Source of the DNA: Paracoccaceae bacterium | Lineage (GTDB): Bacteria > Pseudomonadota > Alphaproteobacteria > Rhodobacterales > Rhodobacteraceae | Length of the DNA: 64,000 nucleotides | Assembly (NCBI GenBank): GCA_965263365.1 | Contig: OZ253672.1 | Span: 622,686-686,685 of the forward strand | Reading direction: 5' to 3' | Notes under the pieces: model-generated | Database searches by the model: none | What the model saw: the letters and a program-made list of their open reading frames with translations, nothing else | What the model was told of the DNA's origin: nothing | Program-made: the position numbers and the translations under genes | In this document: in pieces, positions 37,520 through 47,521 of the stretch | How positions within the stretch are numbered: the first letter of the stretch is position 1 | Layout of the letters: the number at the start of each line of letters is the position of its first letter

Positions 37520-38714
37520 TTTGAAACGTTTTGAAGGGCAATTTACGCAGCAAGAGCCCATTGATGAATCGGCGATTGAGGCGGCTCTTCGGGTTTTACG
37601 TTCAGGGCGCTTGCATCGATATAATCTTTTAGGAAACGAGATTGGCGAGGTTACGCTCCTCGAAGAAGAATATGCCAAATGGCAACGGGTAAAATATTGT
37701 CTCGCCGTTACTTCGGGTGGGCAAGCAATGCAAATTGCTTTGCGTGCGGCGGGCGTACTAAACGGTGATCAAGTGCTCACCAATGCTTTTACACTCGCTC
37801 CTGTGCCAGGTGCAATTCATGCCGTGGGTGCGAAGCCCCTCTTTGTTGAGATTGACGAAAATTTGCGCTTTGATATTGACGATTTTCAACAAAAGGCTGA
37901 ACGCACCGGCGCGCGTTTTTTATTGCTTTCTCATATGCGCGGTCACTTATGCGATCTAGAGCGTCTGGTTGATGTGTGTTCGCAATTTGGTATTTTGATG
38001 ATTGAAGATTGTGCGCATACAATGGGCGCGACGTGGAATGGCGCTCGATCGGGTAATTTTGGATTGGCCGGTTGTTTTTCAACCCAGACCTATAAGCATA
38101 TGAACTCAGGAGAGGGTGGTTTTTTAACCTCAAATAATCCTGAATTTATGGCGCGTGCCATTATTATGAGCGGGAGCTATATGCTCTTTGAACGACATGG
38201 AGCGCGGCCCGATGATCTTTATTTTGAACGCGCTAAACTTGAAATGCCAAATTGTTCTGCGCGTATGGATTCACTCCGAGCATCAATTTTAAGGCCGCAG
38301 CTTGCGAATATTGAGAAAGTGATTGTAGATTGGAATGTGCGATATGATCTCATCTCTCAAACACTTAGTCTTGTGAATGGAGTGCAATTACCACAACGAC
38401 CAAATCATGAAAAATATGTCGGTTCCTCAATTCAATTTCGAATTCCCGAATTTTCTGATTCGAAATGTAAAGCGTTTTTAGCAGCTTGTGACAAGAGAGG
38501 TGTTGAATTGAAGTGGTTTGGTCGGAAAGCGCCGCACGGTTTCACGTCAAACCATAAGACATGGCAGTATGTTGCAAAGCAAGATCTACCACAAACCGAT
38601 CAAACCTTACGCACACTTTTTGATATGCGAATTTCAACAGTATTTTCGCTTGAGGATTGTGAGTTCATTGCGAGCCTAATTATTGAGGCTTACCGCGAAA
38701 TTTCGAAAACTTAA
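37479..38714 (+). CDS. DegT/DnrJ/EryC1/StrS-family PLP aminotransferase
   Basis: LRSGRLHRYN, AVTSGGQAMQIAL and FSTQTYKHMNSGEGGFL (PLP lysine context) are present. The start is either ATG 37479 (41-nt overlap with tauC) or TTG 37521 (1 nt after the tauC stop). Confidence 0.8.
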   Translation: MLKIDWFLGRAVANLKRFEGQFTQQEPIDESAIEAALRVLRSGRLHRYNLLGNEIGEVTLLEEEYAKWQRVKYCLAVTSGGQAMQIALRAAGVLNGDQVLTNAFTLAPVPGAIHAVGAKPLFVEIDENLRFDIDDFQQKAERTGARFLLLSHMRGHLCDLERLVDVCSQFGILMIEDCAHTMGATWNGARSGNFGLAGCFSTQTYKHMNSGEGGFLTSNNPEFMARAIIMSGSYMLFERHGARPDDLYFERAKLEMPNCSARMDSLRASILRPQLANIEKVIVDWNVRYDLISQTLSLVNGVQLPQRPNHEKYVGSSIQFRIPEFSDSKCKAFLAACDKRGVELKWFGRKAPHGFTSNHKTWQYVAKQDLPQTDQTLRTLFDMRISTVFSLEDCEFIASLIIEAYREISKT

Positions 38715-38773
38715 AATTTACCCGACTTTTTACTCTCCGCATTGCTGATCTTAGATAAATTTTCCATGAACGC

Positions 38774-38816
38774 TTGACACGTTCTCTTTTTGTTCTTAAA
38801 AGAACATAAGAAGAAC
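38774..38816 (+). promoter_or_regulatory. recA promoter with two alphaproteobacterial-type LexA (SOS) boxes
   Basis: TTGACA at 38774-38779. GTTCtctttttGTTC at 38781-38795 and GAACataagaaGAAC at 38802-38816 are both exact GTTC-N7-GTTC / GAAC-N7-GAAC direct-repeat boxes. They lie about 50-85 nt upstream of the recA ATG. Confidence 0.78.
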
Positions 38817-38864
38817 AAATTTACGCTTGTCTATGGAAATGGGCTATGAAATAAGGAGGCAGAA

Positions 38865-39938
38865 ATGGCAACAGTGTTGGATTTAATGGATAAAAAAGAC
38901 TCAGATAAACATAAGGCACTTGAGGCTGCGATGTCTCAGATTGACCGTCAATTTGGCAAGGGTTCGATTATGAAGTTGTCAGATCGTCCTGTTATGGAGA
39001 TTTCGGCGATTTCGACGGGTTCCCTTGGTCTTGATATTGCGCTTGGGATTGGCGGTCTTCCCAAGGGTCGGATTATCGAAGTTTATGGTCCTGAGAGTTC
39101 GGGCAAGACGACTTTAGCGCTTCATGTTTTGGCGGAGGCTCAAAAGTCGGGTGATATTTGTGCGTTTGTGGATGCGGAGCATGCGCTTGATCCGAGCTAT
39201 GCGCGCAAGCTTGGTGTGAATACGGATGATCTTTTGATTTCGCAGCCTGATGCGGGCGAGCAAGCGCTTGAGATTACAGAAACCTTGGTGCGTTCTGGCG
39301 CGGTTTCTGTTGTGGTTGTTGATTCGGTTGCCGCCTTGACTCCGCGCGCTGAACTTGAAGGCGATATGGGAGATGCGACGGTGGGCGCACAGGCTCGGCT
39401 TATGTCTCAAGCCATGCGCAAGCTGACCGCCGCCATTAGCCGTTCGAATTGCATGGTCATCTTTATTAATCAAATTCGCATGAAGATTGGGGTTATGTTT
39501 GGCAGCCCCGAAACGACATCTGGTGGGAACGCGCTTAAGTTTTATGCGTCTGTGCGTATTGATATTCGCCGGATTGGTGCGATTAAAGAACGTGATGATG
39601 TTGTTGGGAACCAAACGCGCGTTAAGGTTGTGAAGAACAAAGTTTCGCCGCCCTTTAAGCAAGTCGAATTTGACATTATGTACGGCGAGGGCATTTCGAA
39701 GCGCGGTGAGATTATTGATCTTGGTGTGAAGGCTGGGATCGTTGAGAAATCTGGTTCTTGGTATTCTTATGGTGATGAGCGTATTGGTCAAGGCCGTGAG
39801 AATGCGAAGAATTATTTGAAAGACCATCCCCAAATCGCTTACGAAATTGAGGATAAAATCAGAGCTGCCAATGGGCTTGACTTTGATGGGGCCGCTCCCA
39901 ATCAAAATCAAGAAAATGACAAGCTTATTGAAGAATAG
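38865..39938 (+). CDS. recA: recombinase RecA
   Basis: Unambiguous: [30 protein letters not shown] and VVVDSVAAL. Length 357 aa. Confidence 0.99.
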   Translation: MATVLDLMDKKDSDKHKALEAAMSQIDRQFGKGSIMKLSDRPVMEISAISTGSLGLDIALGIGGLPKGRIIEVYGPESSGKTTLALHVLAEAQKSGDICAFVDAEHALDPSYARKLGVNTDDLLISQPDAGEQALEITETLVRSGAVSVVVVDSVAALTPRAELEGDMGDATVGAQARLMSQAMRKLTAAISRSNCMVIFINQIRMKIGVMFGSPETTSGGNALKFYASVRIDIRRIGAIKERDDVVGNQTRVKVVKNKVSPPFKQVEFDIMYGEGISKRGEIIDLGVKAGIVEKSGSWYSYGDERIGQGRENAKNYLKDHPQIAYEIEDKIRAANGLDFDGAAPNQNQENDKLIEE

Positions 39939-40005
39939 TTTGAGCCGCTAATCTTATCTTAATCATTACCTCCTAAGTTTAAATAAACGAAGTGAGGAGG
40001 TTGTT

Positions 40006-40548
40006 TTGTCTTTATTAGTTGTTTTTGCTATGAGTTGTCGAATTTTATCAACACCGCTTGACATGGCCTTTGTTGACTCACCTCATGCCGCGATTGGAAC
40101 ATGTGGCAATGATCAGATTAAAATTGAATCACATCAAAGAAACCTGAACGCACTTGATGGCAATGATGAAATAATTGATGCGAACGAAAAAGATAATATC
40201 TTAGTTGGCGGTCATGGGAATGATACTTTTTATTCAGGCGCTGGGAATGATATCTATTACGGAGCTTCTGGGCGCGATCTTTTTGTGTTTGAGGGCTCTT
40301 TTGGAGAAGACACGATTGCTGATTTTAATTATGCGCGGGGCGATCGAATTATGCTTATGCTTAATTTTCCAGAAGAAATGTCATTTGATAGTATAGTTGA
40401 AAACTATGTTGAAGAGTTCAATGGCTATTTAAAATTTGACTTTAGAAATTCAAGAAATTTTCAGCACTCTGTTTTGTGGATTAAAAATATGCCAAAATCT
40501 AGTCTAACGGAAAATCGAATTTTAATAAGACACGTCGATACTAACTAA
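40006..40548 (+). CDS. small RTX-type (hemolysin-type calcium-binding repeat) protein
   Basis: TTG start 6 nt after a GAGGAGG RBS. Consecutive nonapeptide repeats LDGNDEIID, GGHGNDTFY, SGAGNDIYY and GASGRDLFV are followed by a beta-roll-cap-like F..G.D.I.DF...GDRI segment. Confidence 0.62.
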   Translation: MSLLVVFAMSCRILSTPLDMAFVDSPHAAIGTCGNDQIKIESHQRNLNALDGNDEIIDANEKDNILVGGHGNDTFYSGAGNDIYYGASGRDLFVFEGSFGEDTIADFNYARGDRIMLMLNFPEEMSFDSIVENYVEEFNGYLKFDFRNSRNFQHSVLWIKNMPKSSLTENRILIRHVDTN

Positions 40549-40624
40549 TTCGACCTAAGGATTTGCGCTAGACAGTTTTTCACGCAATCGTTAGAACATA
40601 GCCAAGTAAATTTGGGAAGTTTTA

Positions 40625-43267
40625 ATGGCGTCGCTAAACGATATCCGCAGTACATTTATTGACTATTTTGAAAAGCAAGGACATCGGCACGTTGAGAGTT
40701 CACCTCTTGTGCCTCAAAATGACCCGACCTTGATGTTTACCAATGCGGGAATGGTGCAGTTTAAGAATACATTTATTGGCCAAGAAGAGCGTGATTACAA
40801 TCGGGCGGTTACCTCTCAAAAATGTGTGCGAGCGGGCGGAAAACACAATGATTTGGATAATGTAGGATACACCGCGCGTCATCATACCTTTTTTGAGATG
40901 CTCGGAAATTTCTCTTTTGGCGATTATTTTAAAGAAGATGCAATTCCGTATGCGTGGGAATTGGTGACAAAAGAATATGGTCTGTCGGCTGATAAACTAC
41001 TTGTAACAGTTTATCATACAGATGATGAAGCCGCGGTTCTTTGGGAAAAAGTAGCTGGGCTTCCTGATGAACGCATTATTCGTATCAAAACAGATGATAA
41101 TTTTTGGTCGATGGGGGCAACAGGCCCATGCGGCCCTTGCACTGAAATATTCTATGATCACGGCGAACATATTTGGGGAGGGCCTCCTGGATCGCCAGAA
41201 GAAGATGGTGACCGTTTTATTGAGATTTGGAATCTGGTTTTTATGCAGTTTGAGAAATTTGAAAATGGCGATCAAATTGACTTGCCAAACCCCTCCATTG
41301 ATACCGGCATGGGGCTTGAGCGCATTGGTGCAATTCTGCAAGGAAAACACGATAATTATGACACCGATGTTTTTCGTGCGCTTATCGAAGCTTCAAGTGA
41401 TGTTACGAATGTTGATCCTTATGGCGCGCAAAATGTTCATCACCGTGTGATTGCTGATCATCTTCGTTCGACGGCCTTTTTGATTGCAGATGGTGTTATG
41501 CCTTCGAATGAGGGGCGTGGATATGTATTGCGTCGGATTATGCGTCGTGCGATGCGTCATGCGCATCTTTTGGGTGCAAAAGACCCTGTTATGTATAAAT
41601 TGACAAAGACGCTTGTTGGAAAAATGGGCGGGTTCTTTCCAGAACTTGGCCGGGCTCAAGCTTTGATTGAAGAAACGCTACGCCTTGAAGAAACACGGTT
41701 CCAAGCGACTCTTGATCGCGGCTTGAAGATGCTTGAAGATGAAGTGCAAAAAATTTCCTCGGGCGCGCCGCTTTCAGGTGAAGTGGCTTTCAAATTATAT
41801 GATACCTACGGGTTCCCATTGGATTTGACGCAAGACGCACTTCGCGAGAAAAATATTGAGGTCGATATTACGGGCTTTGAAGCCGCAATGTCTGAGCAAA
41901 AAGCTAAGGCGCGCGCGGCTTGGACGGGTTCAGGGGGATCTGCTGATGCGCCGGTATGGTTTGAACTGCGAGAGGCTCATGGATCCACTGAATTTTTGGG
42001 CTATGAAAGTGAAAATGTTGAGGCACAAGTCCTCGCGATTATCGAAGATGCTCAGCAAGTGGATGAAGTTAGTATGAAAGCATCTGTTGTCGTCAACCAA
42101 ACTCCATTTTATGCAGAATCGGGCGGGCAAATTGGTGATCAAGGAATGCTATATTGGGAGGATGGTTCCGCAAAAATTATCGATACTCAAAAACATCACG
42201 GCGTGTTTGCACATGAAGTTGAAGTCATTGAGGGGACACTAAAAAACGGCATTTCGGTGCGCTTAGTTGTTGATCATGATCGGCGCCGTAAAATTCGCGC
42301 CAATCATTCGGCGACTCACCTTTTACATGAAGCGTTGCGCCATCATCTTGGTGATCGTGTAGCACAGCGCGGTTCATTAAATGCTGATGATCGATTGCGC
42401 TTCGATTTCAGTCACAACAAGGCGCTAAATTTTGATGAAATCGCTTCGGTTGAGCGTGAAGTGAATACGTATATACGGCAGAATTCGACTGTGCGGACCC
42501 ATATCATGTCTCCAGATGATGCGCGTGCATTGGGGGCGCAAGCTCTATTTGGTGAAAAATATGGCGAAGAGGTGCGAGTTGTTTCAATGGGTATTCAAGA
42601 AGCTTCCGGTAAGGGGCAAGATCAGCAAACCTATTCGATTGAACTTTGTGGGGGTACGCATGTTAAGCAGACGGGTGAAATCGGTTGTTTTGTGATTTTG
42701 GGCGACAGTGCCTCATCTGCAGGTGTTCGTCGAATTGAAGCCCTCACGGGCGCAGAAGCTTCGGCTTTTATGCGCGAGCGTATTCAAATTTTGGGGCAAC
42801 TTGCTACCGATCTTAAGGTGAAACCTGGTGAAATTAGCGCGCGCGTGCATCAACTGCAAGATCAAATCAAATCCCAAACGGTTGAACTATCGGATCTCAA
42901 GCGGAAATTGGCAACTGGTGGCACGGATCAAGTCCATGATGTTGAGAATATAAATGGAATCAAATTCTTGAGTATGCGGGTAGATGACTTGTCAGGTAAA
43001 GAAATCCCTCCGTTAATGGATTCACTCAAAGAGAGTATTCAGGATGGTGTCGTTGCAATTTTTGCGGTTAACGACGGACGTGTGGCGGCTGCGATCGGCG
43101 TTTGCGGCGATGCTCAACATTCAGCAAAAGAGCTGATTGCGCTGGTTACTCCGGAGATTGGTGGAAAAGGCGGAGGCGGACGCCCTGATATGGCGCAAGG
43201 CGGGGGCAGTGATCCAAGTGGGATCGATTCGGCTATCGAAGTTTTGCGCAACAGACTCTCTTCTTGA
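40625..43267 (+). CDS. alaS: alanine--tRNA ligase
   Basis: 880 aa. [10 protein letters not shown], editing-domain HSATHLL and the C-terminal DHHA1-like [15 protein letters not shown] are present. Confidence 0.99.
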   Translation: MASLNDIRSTFIDYFEKQGHRHVESSPLVPQNDPTLMFTNAGMVQFKNTFIGQEERDYNRAVTSQKCVRAGGKHNDLDNVGYTARHHTFFEMLGNFSFGDYFKEDAIPYAWELVTKEYGLSADKLLVTVYHTDDEAAVLWEKVAGLPDERIIRIKTDDNFWSMGATGPCGPCTEIFYDHGEHIWGGPPGSPEEDGDRFIEIWNLVFMQFEKFENGDQIDLPNPSIDTGMGLERIGAILQGKHDNYDTDVFRALIEASSDVTNVDPYGAQNVHHRVIADHLRSTAFLIADGVMPSNEGRGYVLRRIMRRAMRHAHLLGAKDPVMYKLTKTLVGKMGGFFPELGRAQALIEETLRLEETRFQATLDRGLKMLEDEVQKISSGAPLSGEVAFKLYDTYGFPLDLTQDALREKNIEVDITGFEAAMSEQKAKARAAWTGSGGSADAPVWFELREAHGSTEFLGYESENVEAQVLAIIEDAQQVDEVSMKASVVVNQTPFYAESGGQIGDQGMLYWEDGSAKIIDTQKHHGVFAHEVEVIEGTLKNGISVRLVVDHDRRRKIRANHSATHLLHEALRHHLGDRVAQRGSLNADDRLRFDFSHNKALNFDEIASVEREVNTYIRQNSTVRTHIMSPDDARALGAQALFGEKYGEEVRVVSMGIQEASGKGQDQQTYSIELCGGTHVKQTGEIGCFVILGDSASSAGVRRIEALTGAEASAFMRERIQILGQLATDLKVKPGEISARVHQLQDQIKSQTVELSDLKRKLATGGTDQVHDVENINGIKFLSMRVDDLSGKEIPPLMDSLKESIQDGVVAIFAVNDGRVAAAIGVCGDAQHSAKELIALVTPEIGGKGGGGRPDMAQGGGSDPSGIDSAIEVLRNRLSS

Positions 43268-43324
43268 GAAGAGGCTTGTTTTTCCTCGGCTTGTTGCATA
43301 ACTTAGACATAGACGGAGGGAAAA

Positions 43325-43519
43325 ATGTCCGAAATTGATGATTTGTTAGCTAGATTTCGTTCAGCTTTCGAAAAGATCGAAAAACGCATCGAGCTTGCTG
43401 AGGCCGCTCCTTTGCGAGCAGATTATGATGAATTGTTAAATGCGCGCAAAGCTGATTTGGAACGCTTTGAACAATTAAAAAAGAAATTAGTCGCGTTGAA
43501 GGGGGAGGCAGAGGAGTGA
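43325..43519 (+). CDS. small coiled-coil protein (DUF4164/ZauP-like, ZapA partner position)
   Basis: 64 aa, all-helical with heptad character. Its stop overlaps the GTG of the zapA-like gene (GTGA). The call rests mainly on context. Confidence 0.5.
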   Translation: MSEIDDLLARFRSAFEKIEKRIELAEAAPLRADYDELLNARKADLERFEQLKKKLVALKGEAEE

Positions 43520-44166
43520 AAGAAACAATGATCACGCTCGGAAAGCGAAAATATCGAGTGGCTTATGAGGAAGGGCAGGAGCAAGATTTGGAGCGCGCTG
43601 TAAATATTTTTGATGAAGAGATGTCAAAAATTGGACTAGGCGCAGATGCGGTTCGCGAAAATCAACATTTAATGCTAGGTGGACTCATGCTCGCCTACAG
43701 ACAAAATGAAATTGTCGATGAAATTGAAGCGCTTAAAGTGCAAAATAGAGATCTTGAAAATGAGATGGTGCGTGTGCGCGCGCTTTCAAAATCTAGTTTA
43801 CAGCAAGATCAAGAACAAGTCGCCTTAGTTCAGAGTTTGAAAGATGAAAACCGCAAATTAAGCGATGAAATTTCACAATTCCGTAGTGACGAAACTAGCA
43901 GTGCTGATGCAAAGGAATTGAAAAGTGAGCTTGAGAAATTACGGTCTGAACTGGATCGAATGAAAGCGCGCGAGAGCGTGTTTAATGAAAAATTGCGCGA
44001 GCGAGATTCAAAAATTCAAGAAGCCGAGATGGCAGCGCGACAAGACGCACCTTCTCAAACCAGCAGACAAGATGAACAGCAAGTCGCTAAAACCGATGAG
44101 CTTACAAATGCGCTCAAGCAGATTGTTGAAGATTTCGAAGCGCTTGCCGACAAAACGAACCTCTAG
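43516..44166 (+). CDS. zapA: cell division protein ZapA with long C-terminal coiled-coil extension
   Basis: The N-terminal ~90 aa (ITLGKRKYRVAYEEGQEQDLERAVNIFDEEMSKI) are ZapA-like. The C-terminal ~120 aa are E/K/Q/R-rich coiled coil. The start may be ATG 43528. Confidence 0.75.
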   Translation: MKETMITLGKRKYRVAYEEGQEQDLERAVNIFDEEMSKIGLGADAVRENQHLMLGGLMLAYRQNEIVDEIEALKVQNRDLENEMVRVRALSKSSLQQDQEQVALVQSLKDENRKLSDEISQFRSDETSSADAKELKSELEKLRSELDRMKARESVFNEKLRERDSKIQEAEMAARQDAPSQTSRQDEQQVAKTDELTNALKQIVEDFEALADKTNL

Positions 44167-44327
44167 ATTCAATTTGAAAAATAGATAGTTTTTCAATTAA
44201 TAATTTGAGTTCGTGAAGGAGGCTACAATTTATCCTGTAATTAGCTTGAGGTTCCACTGAAGGAAAGCTCTAGCTAAGATCTAGAAATAAGCCCAAATTC
44301 AAAGAAAAGGTAGCTTAGTATTCTGTT

Positions 44328-44690
44328 TTATGAATTAGCTTCTCGGATTTTATCCGCGGCGTCTTTATCAAAGCCGACGCCGTTTTCCTCAAGCAAACTA
44401 TCAAGTTCACCTGCAAGGGTCATCTCAATGACAATATCACAGCCTCCGATGAACTCACCTTTTACATAAAGTTGTGGAATTGTCGGCCAATCTGAGTAGG
44501 CTTTAATACCTTCACGAATATCCATATCCTCGAGTACATTTACATCTTGGTAGTCCACGCCCATGTAGTTTAGAATACCTGCAACTCGTGATGAGAATCC
44601 ACATTGAGGCATTTCCTTCGTGCCTTTCATAAACAAAACAACATCTTGTTTCTTTACGATTTCGTCTACTTTTGAATTAATTTCACTCAT
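44328..44690 (-). CDS. grxD: monothiol glutaredoxin (Grx4 family)
   Basis: VVLFMKGTKEMPQCGFS active site and WPTIPQLYVKGEFIGGCDI. Confidence 0.96.
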   Translation of the reverse strand: MSEINSKVDEIVKKQDVVLFMKGTKEMPQCGFSSRVAGILNYMGVDYQDVNVLEDMDIREGIKAYSDWPTIPQLYVKGEFIGGCDIVIEMTLAGELDSLLEENGVGFDKDAADKIREANS

Positions 44691-44699
44691 TCTTTTACC

Positions 44700-44942
44700 T
44701 TATTCTGGAACTTTTGTTGTGAGCCCTAGCGCGTGAAGTTTCCCATTGGGGCCGTTCATGAGCCCATCAAGCGCATCGAAAACCATACGTTGCTGTGCGA
44801 CCCGAGTTTTGCCTCGAAAGCTTTCATCAATCACTGTTGCTGCGTAGTGATTGCCGTCACCAGCAAGATCACGAATTTCGATTTGAGCATCTGGAAATTT
44901 ATTTCTGATTAAGCTTTCAATTTGACTAGCTTCTACTGGCAT
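44700..44942 (-). CDS. BolA family protein
   Basis: About 80 aa. DL.GDGNHY...V.S..F.GK.RV.QQRMV...L......G.LHAL.L.T is BolA-like. It is adjacent to grxD, the classical partner. The start is set at the internal ATG (MPVEAS). Confidence 0.9.
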   Translation of the reverse strand: MPVEASQIESLIRNKFPDAQIEIRDLAGDGNHYAATVIDESFRGKTRVAQQRMVFDALDGLMNGPNGKLHALGLTTKVPE

Positions 44943-45008
44943 AATATGTCCTTCTCTTCTCCTCAAAGATATGAATCATTTGAGAATTATACAAGTGCCA
45001 AATCTTAT

Positions 45009-46658
45009 TTATACTAACCTGGATTGCGAGATAGCCGCAAGAATAAAGCTTGAGAATAAGGGGTGGGGCGCAAATGGCTTTGATTTAAGTTCGGGATGGT
45101 ATTGGACACCAACGAACCATGGGTGATCGCTGTATTCCACCGTTTCTGGAAGTTTGCCGTCTGGCGAGAGTCCTGAGAATTTCAGGCCCGCATCTTCAAG
45201 TTGCTTTTTGAACTGAATATCCACTTCATAACGATGCCTATGACGTTCAGATACCGTGTTTGTCTTGTAAATTTCTGCGATTTTTGAACCTTCAATAAGC
45301 GATGCAGTATAAGCGCCGAGGCGCATTGTTCCGCCCTTTTCATCATTCTGTGAGCGTGTCTGCTTTTCATTGCCTTCGACCCATTCTTTCAAATAATAGA
45401 CGACAGGGGTTATATTTGGTTCTCCATTTGGGTTTTCAAATTCTTCAGAGCCAGCATTTTTAATGCTAGCGAGGTTGCGCGCCGCTTCAATGACAGCCAT
45501 TTGCATTCCTAAGCAAATCCCCAAATAGGGAATTTTATTTTCGCGTGCATATTGTGCCGCCCTGATTTTTCCCTCTGTTCCTCGTTCACCAAAGCCGCCG
45601 GGAACCAAAATCGCCGAAAATCCGGTTAGATGGGCGTGAATGTCATCGCCTTCTTGCTCGAAAAGTTCAGCATCAATCCAAGAAGTTTTGACCTTAACGC
45701 GGTGATCAAGGCCTGCATGCGTCAGCGCTTCATTGATTGATTTATACGCATCCTCAAGCTGTGTGTATTTGCCGACGATAGCGACGCTAACTTCACCATC
45801 AGTATTATAAAGGCGATGTTCGATATCTGCCCATCTTGATAAATCAGGTTTTGGGGCAGGTGCGATGCTAAAGGCGTCAAGAACTGCACGATCCAAGCCT
45901 TCACGATGATAGGCGATGGGCGCTTCATAAATACTTGCAAGGTCAGGGGCCGCGATTACACTATCGTGACGCACATTGCAAAAGAGAGCAAGTTTTTCAC
46001 GCTCTTTTTGAGGAATTTCACGTTCAGAGCGGCAGACAAGTACATCAGGGGCGATGCCGATCGCACGCAATTCTTTAACCGAGTGCTGCGTGGGCTTAGT
46101 CTTAAGTTCTCCCGAAGCGGTTACAAATGGAAGTAATGTAAGATGCATGAATATACATTGTCCGCGGGGGCGCTCTTGCGAGAACTGCCGAATGGCTTCA
46201 AAGAATGGCAAGCCTTCGATATCACCAACCGTTCCGCCGATTTCGCATAGCATAAAATCAACTTCGTCATCACCAGTTTCAATAAAGTCCTTTATTTCGT
46301 TGGTTACGTGGGGGATAACCTGAATAGTTTTGCCGAGATAAGTCCCTTCGCGCTCTTTTTCGAGCACAGATGAATAAATGCGTCCTGATGATATTGAATC
46401 TGTCTTGCGCGCTGATACGCCTGTGAATCGTTCGTAATGTCCAAGGTCTAAGTCTGTCTCTGCACCATCATCTGTTACAAATACTTCACCATGCTCAAAG
46501 GGAGACATTGTACCTGGATCGACATTTAAATATGGGTCAAGTTTTCGAAGTCTGACGCTATATCCGCGCGCCTGTAGGAGTGCACCTAAAGCCGCTGAGG
46601 CAAGGCCTTTTCCGAGAGATGAAACCACTCCACCAGTTATGAAAATATAGCGTGCCAT
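45009..46658 (-). CDS. pyrG: CTP synthase
   Basis: [18 protein letters not shown], and the GATase block GICLGMQ...HRHRYE. Confidence 0.99.
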   Translation of the reverse strand: MARYIFITGGVVSSLGKGLASAALGALLQARGYSVRLRKLDPYLNVDPGTMSPFEHGEVFVTDDGAETDLDLGHYERFTGVSARKTDSISSGRIYSSVLEKEREGTYLGKTIQVIPHVTNEIKDFIETGDDEVDFMLCEIGGTVGDIEGLPFFEAIRQFSQERPRGQCIFMHLTLLPFVTASGELKTKPTQHSVKELRAIGIAPDVLVCRSEREIPQKEREKLALFCNVRHDSVIAAPDLASIYEAPIAYHREGLDRAVLDAFSIAPAPKPDLSRWADIEHRLYNTDGEVSVAIVGKYTQLEDAYKSINEALTHAGLDHRVKVKTSWIDAELFEQEGDDIHAHLTGFSAILVPGGFGERGTEGKIRAAQYARENKIPYLGICLGMQMAVIEAARNLASIKNAGSEEFENPNGEPNITPVVYYLKEWVEGNEKQTRSQNDEKGGTMRLGAYTASLIEGSKIAEIYKTNTVSERHRHRYEVDIQFKKQLEDAGLKFSGLSPDGKLPETVEYSDHPWFVGVQYHPELKSKPFAPHPLFSSFILAAISQSRLV

Positions 46659-46662
46659 TGAG

Positions 46663-46698
46663 ACTCCCGTTGGTCAATTATTGATTCCCCACGGGAGT
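46663..46698 (-). promoter_or_regulatory. hairpin that pairs the pyrG Shine-Dalgarno sequence
   Basis: Minus-strand reading: ACTCCCGT-20 nt-ACGGGAGT-ctca-ATG. The perfect 8-bp stem has a 3' arm containing the GGGAG RBS of pyrG. Confidence 0.4.
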
Positions 46699-46754
46699 TC
46701 ATTTTAACGAAGACCGCTATCGTTATGCAAGTTGAAAAGGGTCATTTAAACAAA

Positions 46755-47102
46755 TTATTGAGATGAATTTGTAGGTTCTTCAGACGGCAGCGCGGGCACG
46801 CTGACTGAGTCATCAGAATTTACGGGCGCGGGCGCAGATTGATTTTCATTATAAGTGTTAAGAAGGTCAGTTGAGCCAGTTTGCTGAGCTGTTAAAATTG
46901 TTAAGCAAAGGCTAAGCGCAATAAAGGCTGCTGCCAATATCCATGTAAACCTTCCAATTCCGTCAATGCCACTTCGCGATGCAGCTTTTGCATTTCCGCC
47001 GCCACCAATTCCAAGGCCACCCCCTTCAGACCGTTGCATTAGAACAACGATAATCAACATGATGGTCACAATGATATGAATGGCTAAAATAATATTATAC
47101 AT
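46755..47102 (-). CDS. secG: preprotein translocase subunit SecG
   Basis: MYNIILAIHIIVTIMLIIVVLMQRSEGGGLG is the SecG signature. A second TM helix and a low-complexity tail follow. Confidence 0.9.
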   Translation of the reverse strand: MYNIILAIHIIVTIMLIIVVLMQRSEGGGLGIGGGGNAKAASRSGIDGIGRFTWILAAAFIALSLCLTILTAQQTGSTDLLNTYNENQSAPAPVNSDDSVSVPALPSEEPTNSSQ

Positions 47103-47521
47103 AGCGAAACTGCCTTCGGATTTGACCTTTCATCTATTATGCTATGCACTGAAATTCAAGTGTGGATTTTGAATTCTATATTTTCGATTATTGTAATACA
47201 TTTTGAATTGTTCGAATAAATAATTTTGAAATGTAAATTTGAACTAAGCCATCTCAGTATGTGAATGGTTTAACGATGTATTTGAGCAAAATAAATTGTC
47301 TCCGGATGAGGTGACGTTATATTTTTGTCAAGTTTTGCAAATTTAGCCGCTCCGGAAAGCACAAATAAGAAGTGAATTATTGAATATGACAGAATGGGAG
47401 GGTGGAAAACCTGTGAGAGTTTTTTAGCCATTTGTCACTTGCTGAATAGTAATTAGCAAAGAATTCGATGATCTCTAGATCAAAGGCAAAGGTTGTAGAT
47501 TAAATCGCATATCAGAATGGG

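Noticed and set aside
39114-39911. A 265-aa ORF antisense to recA.
   Set aside because: recA is unambiguous on the plus strand. The antisense product is low-complexity (R/N/I/H-rich) with no recognisable motif. It is a typical shadow ORF in a strongly codon-biased gene.
44167-44327. A possible 6S RNA (ssrS) downstream of zapA, as found in E. coli and many other proteobacteria.
   Set aside because: The 161-nt spacer is AT-rich. It shows only local hairpins: TTGAAAAA-7 nt-TTTTTCAA right after the zapA stop, and TTAGCTTGAG/CTCTAGCTAA. I could not find the long closing stem with central bubble expected for 6S RNA. A covariance-model scan would settle it.
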